64,000 nucleotides of DNA from Octopus sinensis (GCF_006345805.1 NC_043012.1:26660001-26724000), one strand, 5' to 3'; counted from the stretch's first letter, positions 37,976 through 51,525 are shown. Program-made: numbers and translations. The notes: a model not told the origin generated them from the letters alone.

Positions 37976-38244
37976 TATTAATATTAACTTCTCATTTCAC
38001 GACGGCGATGCTTAATCCCAGCTCAGTCCTCGCTGAAAAAAATATATAACCAAACTCACCCAGCCCTGAGATCATTCCCTCTTTTGCCAATGTGCATGAA
38101 ACCCAGATACACACAATTCAGCATATCTCTTCCCAGGATAGTATAGAGCAATTTGCCACTGATTTGGTTGCTATTTCTAGCAGCCATACTATAACGAAGA
38201 CTCATGCAGTAGTGTTATGCAAAAACATCGAAACTTTTAGTTTT

Positions 38245-38442
38245 TTTTACTTGTTTCAGTTATTTGTTGACTGTGGCCATGCTAGAGCACCGCCTGTAGT
38301 CGATCAGATCGACTCCAGGACTCACTCTTCCTAAACCTAGTACTTATTCTATGAGTCTCTTTTGCCGAACCGCTAAGCTACGGGGTTGTAAACACATCAA
38401 AATCGGTTGTCAAGCGATGGTGGGGGGACAACACACACACAC

Positions 38443-38519
<77 letters not shown>

Positions 38520-38672
38520 TTACAGTTTCAGTCTACCAAACCCACTCACAAAGCTTTGGTTGGCCCGAAGTTATGGTAGAAGACACTTGCCTAAGATGCC
38601 ATGCAGTGAGACTGAATATGGAACCATGTGGTTGGGAAGCAAGCTTCGTTCCACGCAGCCACTCCTGCGCCT
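38245..38672 (-). mobile_element. SINE family A
   Basis: Same layout as 34505-34930. Confidence 0.9.
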
Positions 38673-38759
38673 AGGTAGTGTGGCGGTAGTGTTGGCTATG
38701 TTTTCTATAGAAAATCGGTAGAAAGTACTTCAAAAAGTGATTAAATGCATAAATATGAG

Positions 38760-38965
38760 GCGGGGCGCTGGCAGAATCGTTAGCACGCTGGGCAAAATGC
38801 TTTACGGCATTTCTTCTGTCTTTACGTTTTGAGTTCAAATTCTGCCGAGATCACATTTGCATTTCAGTCTTTGGGTTCGATAAAATAAGTACCGCTTAAT
38901 TACTGAGATCAATATAATAGACTTATCCTCTCGCCCGAGATTGCTGTCTCTGTGCCAAAATTTTA
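38760..38965 (+). mobile_element. SINE family B
   Basis: gctggcagaatcgttagcacg...gagttcaaattc. Confidence 0.8.
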
Positions 38966-39024
38966 AACCGAAAATTAAATGTTATATATACAGAAACAGT
39001 GATACTCACACAATATATATGTAT

Positions 39025-39068
<44 letters not shown>

Positions 39069-39403
39069 TAAATCATATTAATAGTTTCTAATACAAGCTG
39101 AAGGTCATAAATTCTGTAAGAGGGCACAGTCGATAAAATCGATTGAAGATTAATTTATTGACCCCCTGAGGAGATGAAAAAGTAAGGATAAACTTGGAAG
39201 CATTTGAAGACAAAATCTAATGAGCTACAACGAAAGCTGTATGTCATTTTGTCAGACGCTTTAGCGATTCTACTATAATAATGGTGCGATAAAAATATGA
39301 AGGTTAATTGATAATTTAGTTGGCTTTCGTCAATGTTTTCATTTTTGCTTCTGTCTGTTGCTTCACAGTTTCCATGATAAAATTTTAGTTTATAGGAAGA
39401 AGG

Positions 39404-39436
<33 letters not shown>

Positions 39437-39500
39437 CATACATACATACATACATACATACATACATACGTACATACGTACATACATGCATGCATACATA

Positions 39501-39829
39501 CCTCTCGAAGAGCTGTAACCTCTCGAAAGAGCTGTTCTTCACTCCTGCTCCAGAGCGTCGGCTGCGGGGTCATTCCGAAATGCTCTACCTGCGACGATTT
39601 CATCTCAATCGAAGGAGAGGAGCTTTCTCCGTCCGGGTTGCGGATCCGTGGAACAAGCTGCCAGACGAGATGGTGAAGATGCCGACGACCGCTTTGTTCA
39701 AAGCCTCCCTTGATCTCAAGTGGCCTGAACTCTTTACATGAACACCACCCTGTACTTAACTCCATGTCCCCCTACATGGTCTTGCTATTTGCTTTTGAGC
39801 CAAATTAACTAACTAACTAACTAACTAAC
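39501..39829 (+). mobile_element. CR1-type LINE 3' end with (TAAC)n tail, embedded in (CATA)n
   Basis: RLRGHSEML...RRGAFSVRVADPWNKLPDEMV...FKASLD is the classic CR1 ORF2 C-terminus, followed by a short UTR and TAAC repeats at 39806-39829. Confidence 0.85.
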
Positions 39830-39889
39830 ATACATACATACATACATACAAACATACAAACATAGAAGCATGCATACATTCATACATAC

Positions 39890-40948
39890 AGGTATATTCA
39901 AATATGTCGTTTTTTTTACGGTTTAACTGGAAGTAGACGAAGCTATAACTAATAAGGTATATATAGGTTGCGTAAGGTATTGCAGGACGTACAGTTTGGA
40001 GTCATTACTGCATTTTTTGCTAACTCTGTATGATCTGTGTTTCGGAAAATAATAATAGCAGACCCTCAGCTTGCTCAAGAAAGGAAGAGGCTTGCTGTTA
40101 CTGTGGTTATAAAGGCTGAGTATCGTGATTTAGAAATATCGCGTGTTTTAAAAGTTTCCAGATATTTCGTCTACAAAGTTTGTAACGAGCTAGAGACTGG
40201 AGATGGAAACGTATTACCAGTATCAAAGCAAAAAACGCATTCTAAATGCTCTGAAATCATCAGAACACCTGAATTTATCCAGCAAGTTCAACAGACCATT
40301 GATTACAATCCCAGAAAACCCATGAGGTCAATTGCAAAAGATCTCCATGAGTCAGAAGGAACAGTTGGAAATGTTGTCCACAAAGACATCAGGCTTATAT
40401 GATGAGGTGAAGTCAATTTGTCAGAAAATGCAAAAGAAAAGCATTACATCAGATTTAAAAGGCTCTCAAACAAACTGACAAATGCAGCAGAAGATTTGAT
40501 TTGGTTTTTCTCAAACGGGAGAACTTTCGACGAAGATCAAAAGTTAAAAGAAGAAATGACAGATGGTTATGTGCAGACCGTTCTGAAGTTCCAAATGTTA
40601 TGCATACAAAATTCCCTGCAACTGTCATGGTTTTAGGTGTCGTCAGCAATGAAGGGCATGTGATGCCTCCTTACTTTTTTCCACGAGGCCTTTCCACAAG
40701 GACTTAGGGTTAACTCTGCCGCTTACATTGAAGTCCTGGAAATAATTGGTAATCCCTAGATAGACAGTGTATGCAATAGAAGATCATATGTGTTTCAGTA
40801 AGACTCTGCACTTTCACTCATGGCTTTAGTAACACAGGAATGGATGGCTGAACATTTTCATGATCACATAACCCCTCATATTTCGCTCCTAATTCCCCAA
40901 ATTTCAATCCACTGGAATTTTACATGTGGAGCGTTATTGAGAGAGAGG
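39890..40948 (+). mobile_element. Tc1/mariner transposon of maT/DD37D type, decayed, 3' end missing
   Basis: HTH region (ISRVLKVSRYFVYKV, IRTPEFI...NPRKPMRSIAKDL), RRNDRW, TKFPATVMVLGVVSNEGHVMPPYFF, YVFQ*DSA, TQEWM. Confidence 0.8.
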
Positions 40949-43044
40949 ATCGGCGGATCGGCAACTGAATAGAACGATAAGAAGATATTCGGCCCATTTT
41001 TGCAGATCCGGTGACGCACGAAGGGCTGCTTTCAACCGACGATAGAACCGCTCGACCATTCCGTTTAAATCTGGGTGGTAACTTGTGGTATGCCAATAGG
41101 CGTAACATTTCACGAAAATGATGAGACTCAAACTACCGACCACGGTCGGTAGTGATTCTTGAAGGAGCACCAAAGTGAGGTATCCATCCTGAGATTAAAG
41201 TGCAAGCTACCGATTCGGCAGAAATGTCGACTAAATGGATGGCCTCAGGCCAACTAGAGAATCGATCAATGCAGGTAAGAAAATAAGGGTATTCGCAACT
41301 GCTGGGCCAAGGACGAACTAGGTCGGTGTGAATATGGCGGAAACGTGTGTCAGGTTGGTCGAATTTCCTCAATGGAATACGAATATGTTGGTGGACTTTG
41401 GAACGTTGACACTGAAGACAGGAACGAGCCCAAGCGTTTATGTGCCGGCGCATATCGGGCCAGAAGAAACGAGCAGTAATAAGCCTGACCGAGGCCGCAA
41501 TACCTTCATGGGATAAAGAACCTTCATGTAGAGCGTCGAACACTCGTCGACGGTGACTGCTAGAAACCAGTGGTATCGCTGCACCTGTAAAGACGTCGCA
41601 GATAATATTTCCATTTGTTGAATGGCAAGAATTTGAATTGACAGTGCGAGTACGCAGAAAAGGTGTCAATTGAATGAAGAGGCGGTTGGTCTGAAGCTAA
41701 CATGACAAACTCTATCACATCAGGGATTAACGACGAAACAGGCGGTCTAAATAATGCGTCAGGTGGGATATTTTCAGATCCTGAGACATGACGGATGTCG
41801 CTCGTAAATTGCGATATAAAATCCAGGTGGGTATTCTCTCTTGGCGAGTACTTGTCTGACTTTGAGTGAAGGGCGAAATCAACGGTTTATAGTCAGTGAA
41901 GATCACGAAATCTCGCCCCACTAGAAAGTTGTAAATGTGCTTGACAGCAAGGTAAATAGCGAGAAGATCTCATCCAAACGCAGTATATCTCGTTTCAGTG
42001 ACTTTTAAACGGAGTAAGAAGAATGCCAACGGTTGCATTTGTCTATGAACAACTTGTTGCAAAACTGCACCTGCTGTAAAATCTGAAGCTTCAACTGCTA
42101 ATGCAAGCTTTGTTCCTGGGACAGAATGGTAAGATGAGAAAGTTATGCAAGTTCTGATTTTACCGTATGAAAAACGCGTAACTCGACAGGAGAAAGGGAA
42201 ACAACTGTTAATCAGCCCTAGGAAAATGGCGGAGCTGTCGCAATGAACTTGGTGGTGAGAGCTGCTGAATTGATTCCACTTTCGCAGGAAGTGGGCGGAG
42301 GCCATCACAATCAATGACATGTTCCAGGATGAGGTCCTTTGTAGAGAGTGCGAGTGTAGAAGGAATGCCACTAATTACAATGGATGATTGGATTGTTGTT
42401 CGCCATGAAATAAGACTTGAGATGAGCGAAATACATACGAGGATCACCGCGATAGTGGGGGTAGTGATGTGTGACTCATCTTCCGAAAGAAAAATGTGTG
42501 GTACCCATGTGCAGGAGGAACGCGAGCCGATCAAAACCAATCCAAAAAATGTGGTGGGAAAGAAAGTTCCACAAGCAGTAGCGAGCAACCAGGATGGCGT
42601 CTTCTACAGAGAACGTGAGACGAAAGTAAGGATGAAAAAGGAACGCGAAGTCGTACCTGAGTATAAATAAAATACGTGTGATCTCTCCTGAGGAGAATTT
42701 CAAACGACGAAGAAAGCATACCTGGTGTCGACTTGAACTAGTGGACTGAAAACGTTAGAAGGACGTATGGCATCCATGCCAACAGAAAGAGATGGAAGAT
42801 AGCACGTGGGATTTTGTACAGAGTCGTAGTCCATGCAGTGAGTACTCCAGAATCCAAAACTTTTGATAAGGATTCCTTGTGAGGAAAAATGTGCAGAGTC
42901 ACCATAAGAAGTTTTTAAAAGAGAAGAAACGCGTGTCCTGAGTCGGGTTGACCACTTTAGTATGGTGTGGTCATCACTCTAGTAGTAGGTCTCTTTGACC
43001 ACTAATCATACTTGTCACTGTTACTAAATGTTAACACGATTACA
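40949..43044 (-). mobile_element. Ty3/Gypsy LTR retrotransposon, internally deleted (RT, RNase H, integrase remnants)
   Basis: Order on the minus strand: RT end (GLRPLPAKVESI), RNase H (AVEASDFTAGAVLQQ, YTAFG, FTDYKPL), integrase ([64 protein letters not shown]). PBS-like TGGTCAACCCGAC at 42942-42954. Confidence 0.9.
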
Positions 43045-43049
43045 AGGTT

Positions 43050-43822
43050 TGGCATAACGAAAGATTCATTCTTAAACTTCAAATATAATTTAATCTAATT
43101 AAGAACAAATATGAATTCATCAGCAATATGCTTCGTGAGAAGCCGTACATGAATGTGAAAAGTTACATATAGTTTAGCTTTGTCGCATTCTGTGTGAAAA
43201 ATAAGGAAATGTACGAAAAATTTCGTATCGCAATTAGTTTGATAGTAGCATAAGAGTAATTCGTGCACATGTCGTGTAACATAAATGGCTTGCAGCACAC
43301 GGTTGTTGCTGGAAGTAATTTCTTTGGCTTAGGCCAAACTTAGCTACTCCCCACAATGATGATGTGTCCAGGTCGATGTCTGGCGAGGAAGAGAGGATGT
43401 ACAAAGCGCGCTTGTCCAATATATTGTGTCGAAGACTGTTGGCTCCCCCTGACAAGCAAAAAAGCTTCCAGAAACTTTTATGACTCATTGGCATTACGCG
43501 AAGGGACATAAATCCGCTACTCTTGGACGTTTTCTAGTATGTTCGTGAAGGGAGGTCACTGTGATTGGATCCCTAACTTCCGGCGAACCGTAAATAATAC
43601 TATGACAGAATCTGTTTCAATTTATGTCACACCTACACCGGTTTTTATGAAATTGTTGCGTTATCGGATTTGAATTAACGGAAGCTAAATGTAACGGAAG
43701 TTAATTAGTCCGATAATGATTTTCAAAGTTAACTTAAAAGTTAAAACGTTAACGAAACTGTTAACTTCGTTAATTAACGATTAACGGGTCAACGGATTAG
43801 CGGACTTACGCCCAGCTCTCTC
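43050..43822 (-). mobile_element. Possible hAT-like DNA transposon remnant
   Basis: Minus-strand start agagctgggcgtaag with TTAAC-rich subterminal repeats (43720-43800) and a weak KLLPATTV motif. Confidence 0.3.
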
Positions 43823-43844
43823 TATATGTATATATGTATATATT

Positions 43845-43970
43845 TATGTGTGTGTCTTTGTGACTGTGTTTGTTCCCCACCATTGCCTGACAACCGATGT
43901 TAGTGCTTTTACGTCCCCGTCACAGCAGATCGGCAAAAGACACCGATAGAATAAGTACTAGGCTTACAAA
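43845..43970 (+). mobile_element. SINE family A, central part
   Basis: gtgtttgttccccacc...tacgtccccgt...gatagaataagtactaggcttac. Confidence 0.8.
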
Positions 43971-44051
43971 TGATATTCATATATATATATGTATATATAT
44001 ATATATAAGAGTATTGTAGTTCGCTTGAAGTATTGTGTATTCTTTGTAAAG

Positions 44052-44340
44052 AATAAAAAAGTTTTGAATGGTACAACAATACACTATAATACAAAAAATA
44101 GACTATATACCTGTTGTAATTTAGTTATCCATAGTCCGTAATATTTCGGAATAAAATTCCTTCTTCAGATATTCTGAGATGGAGTCGCTACTATAATCAG
44201 TTATAGCAGCGACTCCATCTAAGAATATCTGAAGAAGGAATTTTATTCCGAAATATCACGGACTATAGATAACTAAATTACAACAGGTATATAGTTCATT
44301 TCTTGTATTATAGTGCATTGTTGTACCATTCAAAACTTTT

Positions 44341-44344
<4 letters not shown>
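44052..44344. repeat. 293-bp near-perfect palindrome (145-bp arms, 4-nt loop)
   Basis: The arms differ at 8 positions by my manual alignment. Loop tcag at 44197-44200. Confidence 0.95.
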
Positions 44345-44385
<41 letters not shown>

Positions 44386-44386
<1 letters not shown>

Positions 44387-44782
44387 CTAGCAGTATCGCC
44401 CGGCGTTGCTCGGGTTGTAAGGGAAATAACTATATAAGCATTTTTAGAGAGTTATAGCCAAGAAATAGCAAAAGAATGCATTAAAAATTGAAAAAAAATT
44501 AAGGTAAATTCTTTTTTTTATCGTTGACACATCGTAGATATTTTTAGAGAGTTACTTCCCTTATATAAAAGCGAAAAAAATGCATTAAAATGGAAAAATA
44601 TGATGGTAAATTTTTTTTAAATCGTAGACTCATCGTAGACGCACGCTAATACCCAGAAGGGCTCGACATGAATCACGACTATAAGATACCCGCTTTTGGT
44701 TAAACTGCACCGCAAAATGTGGGAGTAGTTAGGAATCTAAATCGTAGGAAACAGACACACGACTTCACTCTTATATAAAGAT
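44386..44782 (+). mobile_element. Possible Helentron-like non-autonomous element (HINE/Lep1-like)
   Basis: Starts ACTAG...CGCCCGGCGTTGCTCGGG and ends ...acagacacac...ttatataaagat. These termini resemble the Lep1/DINE-type layout. Confidence 0.45.
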
Positions 44783-44789
44783 GCTTATT

Positions 44790-45110
44790 TTTTTCAGTCA
44801 TAGAGTTAGATTTATGAAGGTCTTCAGTAGAAAATCCTTCGAATTCTGACTCACTGCTTGATATAATGAAATTCGTATCCATTTTTTGTCAGAATTACAA
44901 ATTTTGAAAACACAATAGGAACAAATTTCGGAAAAAATCTCCCATAATTCACGGAATTAAAATTACACTTCGACTTTTGTACAAAACTGTAGTTGAAGTG
45001 TTTACGAAGTATAATACGTGTTTTCACGAATGTACTAAAGAGATTTGCTCTGATATTCTCATTTAAATATGAATAGGTAAATTCGGGCGGGTTGGTAACG
45101 AAAGGGTTAA
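44790..45110 (-). mobile_element. piggyBac-like left end with transposase N-terminus
   Basis: Minus strand begins TTAA-CCCTTTCG (TTAA at 45107-45110). Acidic N-terminus MDTNFIISSSESEFEGFSTEDL. Confidence 0.55.
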
Positions 45111-46885
45111 ACGGATGCATACATTTATTGATCTCTTATTATAATAACTATATATAAGTGTCGTCTGTTTATACATAAACACTGTTTCATACTGCAATTA
45201 TATATACATATATCTATATATAATATTATATAATAAAATATATACAGAGTAAAATAAAAACCAATTTACCTTTTCTGTCCGTCCGTGTGTCTTTGCAAAT
45301 GTGTTGGAATGATAAGTGAGTTGGGTTTTGGCGCCTTTTTTACTAATAACAAACACACACGTGTTTGTATGTAGTTGTATGTGTATGTAGTTGTATGTAG
45401 TTGTATATGTATGTGTATGCGTGTGTGTGAGGAATGACACACACACACACTCACGCACGCACACATGTACATCAATGCTTTCGGAGTGATATGTTAAAAA
45501 ATTGAGTTTTCTCGAATTTTGTCTTAATTGGTGGTAAAATTGAAAGAAATATTTTATGGCATCACCCACTGAAGTACTCTGAAAAATCTTAGGTAAATTC
45601 TAATTGAAGAAATTGTGTGAGGAGTAAATGGTTATGTATTTATTTGTTTCTGTTTGCTGTGTTTTTTTATTTTTTGAGTAGAGGTTTAAATACTTTCAGT
45701 TTAGTCTTCCTCAAATCACTCTGTCGCTATTTACTTTCATTTTATTCGTTGCACACTGTGTGTGTGCGTTTGCGTGTGGTGTAAACCAGACTAAGAAAAG
45801 CATTTGACACACACACCAGAATGTGAGTTTTCTGTAAATTTTGCTTAATTGGAGTTTAAATTTTAAAACTGGACCTGGCATGACGCGATGCATTCTACTC
45901 TTAAAAATGGTAGGTAAATTGTAATTAAAGAAATCCTATATTGTAGATTTCTATAACTCCCAAAGGGAGGCAGATAAAATCTGCCTTTTATAATAAGATA
46001 TATATATATATATATATATTATCCAATGGCATATAGCATTTAACTCAGGCTCGTAGAACGAAGTGACTCGTAAGGCATCTAGAAATAGTAAGAATATATG
46101 AGTCAACTTCAATATGGTTTCTAGAGCTCTATCAACTCTGATCAAGTAGGTTTATTAGTTTGGAAGCGATGTACTTAATTCCACGTAATCCGACAGGATG
46201 AATAAGTAACGGTTGCTGATATAACAGTATGGTGTATTTAGTGGCATCAGTTCGTTGAGTTTCATGCTACAAGTGTCACTAGTTTGTAGTGCAAAACTCT
46301 CTTGTGACACAGCATTTTCGTAGGAGTGACCAGATTTGGTGTTGCTGGAGTCAAATTTGGTGGTGTTGTGTTTGATTGCCAGCGTCGATAAGGAATAATC
46401 CATATGGGTAGCTGGGTTTAAGTATTATTCCGTTGTGTAAATAGCAACTGGGCCTAAGATATATATATTGAATTTTTTGCTGTTAGTGGCTTTAGTTCAT
46501 TGAGATGGCGTACCTTGGGTGGTAACAGTATGAGAATTCATTTTTCTTGTTGATGGATAAGCAGGTTAGGGGAGAAAGTATAGTTTCTCATGAAGGCAGA
46601 GTTAGCAATTGCAAGTTCAAGCTGGTGGTCTGTCAATGTTACTCCATTCGAAGTTGGGAAAGTCGTTCCGATGGTCACGGAGTGAGCCTGCGAAACTTTA
46701 GGTTGCAGGGAGCTGAATCAATCTGCTATTAAACAATAAATGCGTAACTCAACTCTTACCAAATGTGTTGAGTACTATTTTAGACTGTTCACTCGCACGT
46801 ACACACACGTCCATACACACACATACACACATATGTACGTATACATATAAGTATATATACACACATATATATATGTATGTATGTG

Positions 46886-46959
<74 letters not shown>

Positions 46960-47938
46960 TATATATATATATATACATATATATGTTGTGGATATAAATG
47001 CATCTTACATTACAATTCATACAATATACTCTATAAAGGAATTCAGACAAAAAAACTGACCTGGACAAAATTAAAAGAAAAACAATAGAAATTAGAAACA
47101 AGCAAGATAGAAAGCTCCAAGAAAAGCCAAACAAAACAAAAAAAAACACAACACAAGCCACAATAAAGCTTATATGAGTGTAAGATCACGTAATGATGCC
47201 CACAATTCTGTGCAATAAAATATTAACACGGAGGCCATGCTAAAAATATAAACATGTTTCTCACTCTATATGTATAGCGCCTCAAGTATTTTAGATCGAA
47301 ATTAAATTGGACGTAACGTCTTACCTAGAAAAATATAAACTTTAAGAGAAGGAGAGGAGAAAAGACAAAATAAAAATAGAATAATAAAAATTTATAAGAA
47401 GAGAAAAAGGAGAAAGAAAATTAATAAGCTTTATAAATGTTAGCATTAAAGTTATATATAAAACGGTAGAAAGTCTAAAGAGAGCTATACCACGGAATAT
47501 TGATTTCAGAGCCAATTATGATAAGAAGAATGCGTTTTATATTATTTATGTAGTTATAACAACCAATTATATGTGCGTAATGTATATATATGTAGACAAA
47601 TTTATACACACGTATGCGCACATACGTACATCCACGCACATACATCAGTATGTGCACACACAGATGCATATAGATATTTTCTATATGCACACACATATGT
47701 ACACGTATATTTCAACATTTACCTGCACGATCACACACACACACGCAAATACACACACGCAAACACACACACGCACACACACACGCACACACACACACAT
47801 AAATTTTTATGTTATTTTGCGTATATGTATCTATATTCATACAAGTATATATTTATGTACATATATATATACGTACATCCACCCGTTCATTCATACAGAC
47901 AGACGTACACATATATCACATATCTAAATAGTCATATA

Positions 47939-47986
<48 letters not shown>

Positions 47987-49429
47987 TACACCATATTTAG
48001 GTATGAAAACAGATATATGTATATATATATATATATATATCTGTATACATATGCATATATAACATACATTCTCTTAGGAATATTTATATGAGCGTTGTTT
48101 GTGTGTCTGTGTGTGTACGTCTGTATTCCTCTGTAAGAATGTGTATGCGAAATTAAATAGCAATTTTGTGGTATCATTGAATGTCTTTCCATGTTTAATC
48201 CTCTAAAAGCATATCATTTATACAAAGATGTGTTTATACATATACACGTTTACACACACACACACACACACATGCATACACATACACCCACCCACTGACA
48301 CACAGACATTTATATAAATAAATATAAATATATATACACGCACATTTATCTATCTAACTGTCTATATGTGTGTATATATATGAATATATATATAATGTAT
48401 ATATATATACATATATAATGTAATATATAAATATCTATATATATATATATATATACATACACACACACGCACACACACACACATATATATATACATACAT
48501 ATATAAGTGTCGATATATATATAAGCCTCTATATAAGGTTTAATATAATTTACGGAACATTAATGTTATTGTGATCAATATTTGTTAATTCTCTGCATGG
48601 AACTCGAATCGAACCACAAATCAATTTCGATGAAATGGTATTTATGCTCTTATCTCTCTAAATTAATTTATTAATACATTAATCAGAAGAGGAAAGCAGT
48701 GGCCTGCTTGTTTGTGCATTATGAACAACTGCGTTGGTATATCGAGTTGGTCTACAAAACGGAGAACTTTTGCTTGCGTTGTATTGGGTTATGGACTTGT
48801 GTCTACGACATAATTTGAGTCACATTAGCTAGCAAATCCCACAAGATGAAATAAGTAGCCATTTTCGACTCCGTTATAGAGAGATTCTCAAAGCGTGAAT
48901 AATTTTCATATATATTTTTTCTTTTTGTCGTTTAGAGATCTTAAGAATATAAATGTTTAATGATATACATTTTAAATAATGTAACTACTGCACATAAATA
49001 TACGGGTGTGTGTGTGTGCGTGTGTGTGTTTATGTATGTGTGTGTGTGTGTGTGTGGTGTGTGTTGTCTTAGCGTCAGCAAAATAAGTTCCGATCCTGTG
49101 GCTATGGCTGGCCAAATAATTTACATATGTATACATTTTATATCTACTTGCCAGGTGTTTTTCTTTTCTTGACAGATTTTGGGAAAACGAAGTTACACGT
49201 TTTAGAATAAAGTAATGACAAATATACTATGGGAGTTTAAGTGAATTTACTACAACATCAATGAAAATCAGAAAAGTGATAAGGGAGAGAGATATGTGTT
49301 AGATGAAAGCATGAAATAAAAGTGGATGCAGGTGGAAAGGCACAAGAGAAAACAAGCTACAGAGATGAATGTTTAAAGGGAAGCAATTTCAAACGGGGTG
49401 CATTTGAGTAGTTGTAATCCGCTGAATGG

Positions 49430-50000
49430 GTGTTCTCTAGTGCATAACAAGTACTTTTTACAATGTCTCCATTTCTCGAACGTATCTGCTCTTGTGGTAA
49501 AGTAAGCGTCTTTATCGTGAAGAAGTTTGAAGATGGTTCTTTCCTCTGCTACGCACGAACCTCACTTTTTGCTCTCATTTTAGTAAGCTTTTGATCTTTC
49601 AACGATTTTTCTAGTTAATCCTGTGGTCTGATGCTTCAAATTTTAATTCACTAGAACGTGTAGCCAATCTTGACGTGTTTCGTTTTCAGTATGTCGAAAG
49701 AAGTATCCATTATTTCGAAACCTTTGATTTTATTTCTCTCACCCATGCTTATGTAAAGATTATTAACCATTTCTACTTTGTATTACACAGTGTTCTCTAC
49801 TTGATAGATATTGATCTTCTCATTGCATAATTTACCTTGTGGGCATTCATGTACCTTCTCTGAGCATGTGTCGTTCAATAAGGGCGTGTCGTTCTATAAG
49901 TTTCTTATATCTGTGTTTGGCAGGAAAATGCTTACCTGTTAAGGTAAGTAAGCTCTTTCCTTTATTAAATTTCACATGGATCGGGAAGTACGCATTAGAT
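49430..50000 (-). mobile_element. Highly decayed PLE GIY-YIG region
   Basis: Across frames: ECPQGKLCNEKINIYQV, LYISM, KRNTSRLA, CVAEERTIFKLL...EKWRHCKKYLL. This is the same layout as the 4545-4943 endonuclease. Confidence 0.6.
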
Positions 50001-50525
50001 GTATGTTATTATGGAACTTCTTAATTACGGGCGTAGAACTTGATGAATAGATATTATTGCATTGAATTTGGTGTTACACTGGATTTTTCTGGTAAGTGTA
50101 AATACAAGTGCAACATTAAAATCTACTATAGTTTAGTTGGCGATTACGTTTCTCGAGGGTGGAAAACGCTAAATGTTCTGATAATGTCTTCCCTGAATTT
50201 GTCTAAATTGTGACGATCTTTAGTGCTTATTGTTATAGCTAAATATTCGTCTCGTAAAGAAAATTTTGATACTTTCAGTCTTAAAATCATTGTCGCCATT
50301 AACTAAACTACATTTGATCTTATATATTACATTGTTGAGGAGAATTTAATTGGTCACTGAAGCATTCTCACCATAGCTCTCTCTCTCTCTCACTCTTCCT
50401 CACACGCTTCCTCACACGCTTCATATAGTAATCTACATGTATGTACAAATGTATGTTTATATGTATGTATATGTGTGTGTATTTGTGTATGTGTGTATGT
50501 ATATACATACATATATATATATATA

Positions 50526-51094
50526 CGAGTGTGAGTCAAAAGGTAATGCCATTTTGTTTGGGACAGGTATAATTACCAGCACAGGAACATGTATCATACA
50601 TCAAAATGAAGCTGGTCATCTGTGGATTGCATCCATGCTTCTCAACATAGTCACCATTTCTCTTAATAGCAAGCATATGTTCCACCTTCGAATGAGAGCA
50701 TGTATCCCAGTCCCGTAAAATTCTGTTGACTGTTCTTTGAGCCACTTCTTCACTACAGTTTTCACTTCCTCGTCACCAGATTTAGCGCCTTCAGACTAGC
50801 ATCTCTTCGTCCCCATGAAAGAGGGTTTGAGAGGCAAACATTATTCCAGTGACTAGGAAGTGAAAACTGTAGTGGAGAAGTGGCTCAAAGAACAGTCAAC
50901 AGAATTTTACGGGGCAGGGATACATGCTCTCATTCGAAGGTGGAACATTGCTATTGAGAGAAACGGTGACTATGCTGAAAAGTAGGGATGTGATCCACAG
51001 ATGACCAGCTTCATTTTGATGTATGATACATGTTTCTGTGTTGGCGATTATATCTGTCCTAAAGAAAACGGCATTACTTTTTGACTCACCCTTG
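50526..51094. mobile_element. Mariner-derived fold-back element made of two right ends
   Basis: TA-flanked. Arms 50526-50776 and 50849-51094 are inverted (roughly 90 percent identical by eye). Plus strand from about 50778 reads DLAPSD*HLF...[49 protein letters not shown]. Confidence 0.9.
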
Positions 51095-51379
51095 TACATA
51101 CATATATACATACATACATTCATACATATATACATACATACAGATAGACAGACAGACATGCATTCATAAAGTTAGATAACTATATGGATTGATAGATAGA
51201 TAAATAGATACAAAGATAGATAGATTAGAGACAGATATACTCTATATAGAGTATACTTCGTAGTGCTCAAGAACTTGAGCAGGCAGAGTTTAAGAACAGG
51301 CAAGTTAAGCAAGTCAGTTTACTAAAATAATTTAATACAAAATATGTATATATGTAGGCATATGAAAAAGTTCGACTTA

Positions 51380-51525
51380 CACAGGATAGAAATGGAATAA
51401 GGAATTAAAGGGGTTAATTAAGAGTTTTACGTGTCTAACAGCTGTTTCTGAGGGCTTGGTGGCCCAAAATACTGATTGTAACTTGATTCCATCATCGGAT
51501 ACTGCCAGCTTCTGTCTTCCGGGAA
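51380..51525 (-). mobile_element. PLE tail remnant with decayed hammerhead
   Basis: Minus strand: CCGATGA TGG...CTCA GAAA CAGCTG TT AGA. Homologous to 2125-2300. Confidence 0.55.

Noticed and set aside
46040-46740. Possible very old CR1/L2 RT remnant on the minus strand
   Set aside because: Only loose resemblance (GLRGIK...LINLLD...EVD) with no intact motif. It needs a profile HMM search.
47245-47295. Hammerhead-like GAAA-CATG-TT on the minus strand
   Set aside because: The 5' box (CTTGAGG) and stem II are too degraded to support a call.
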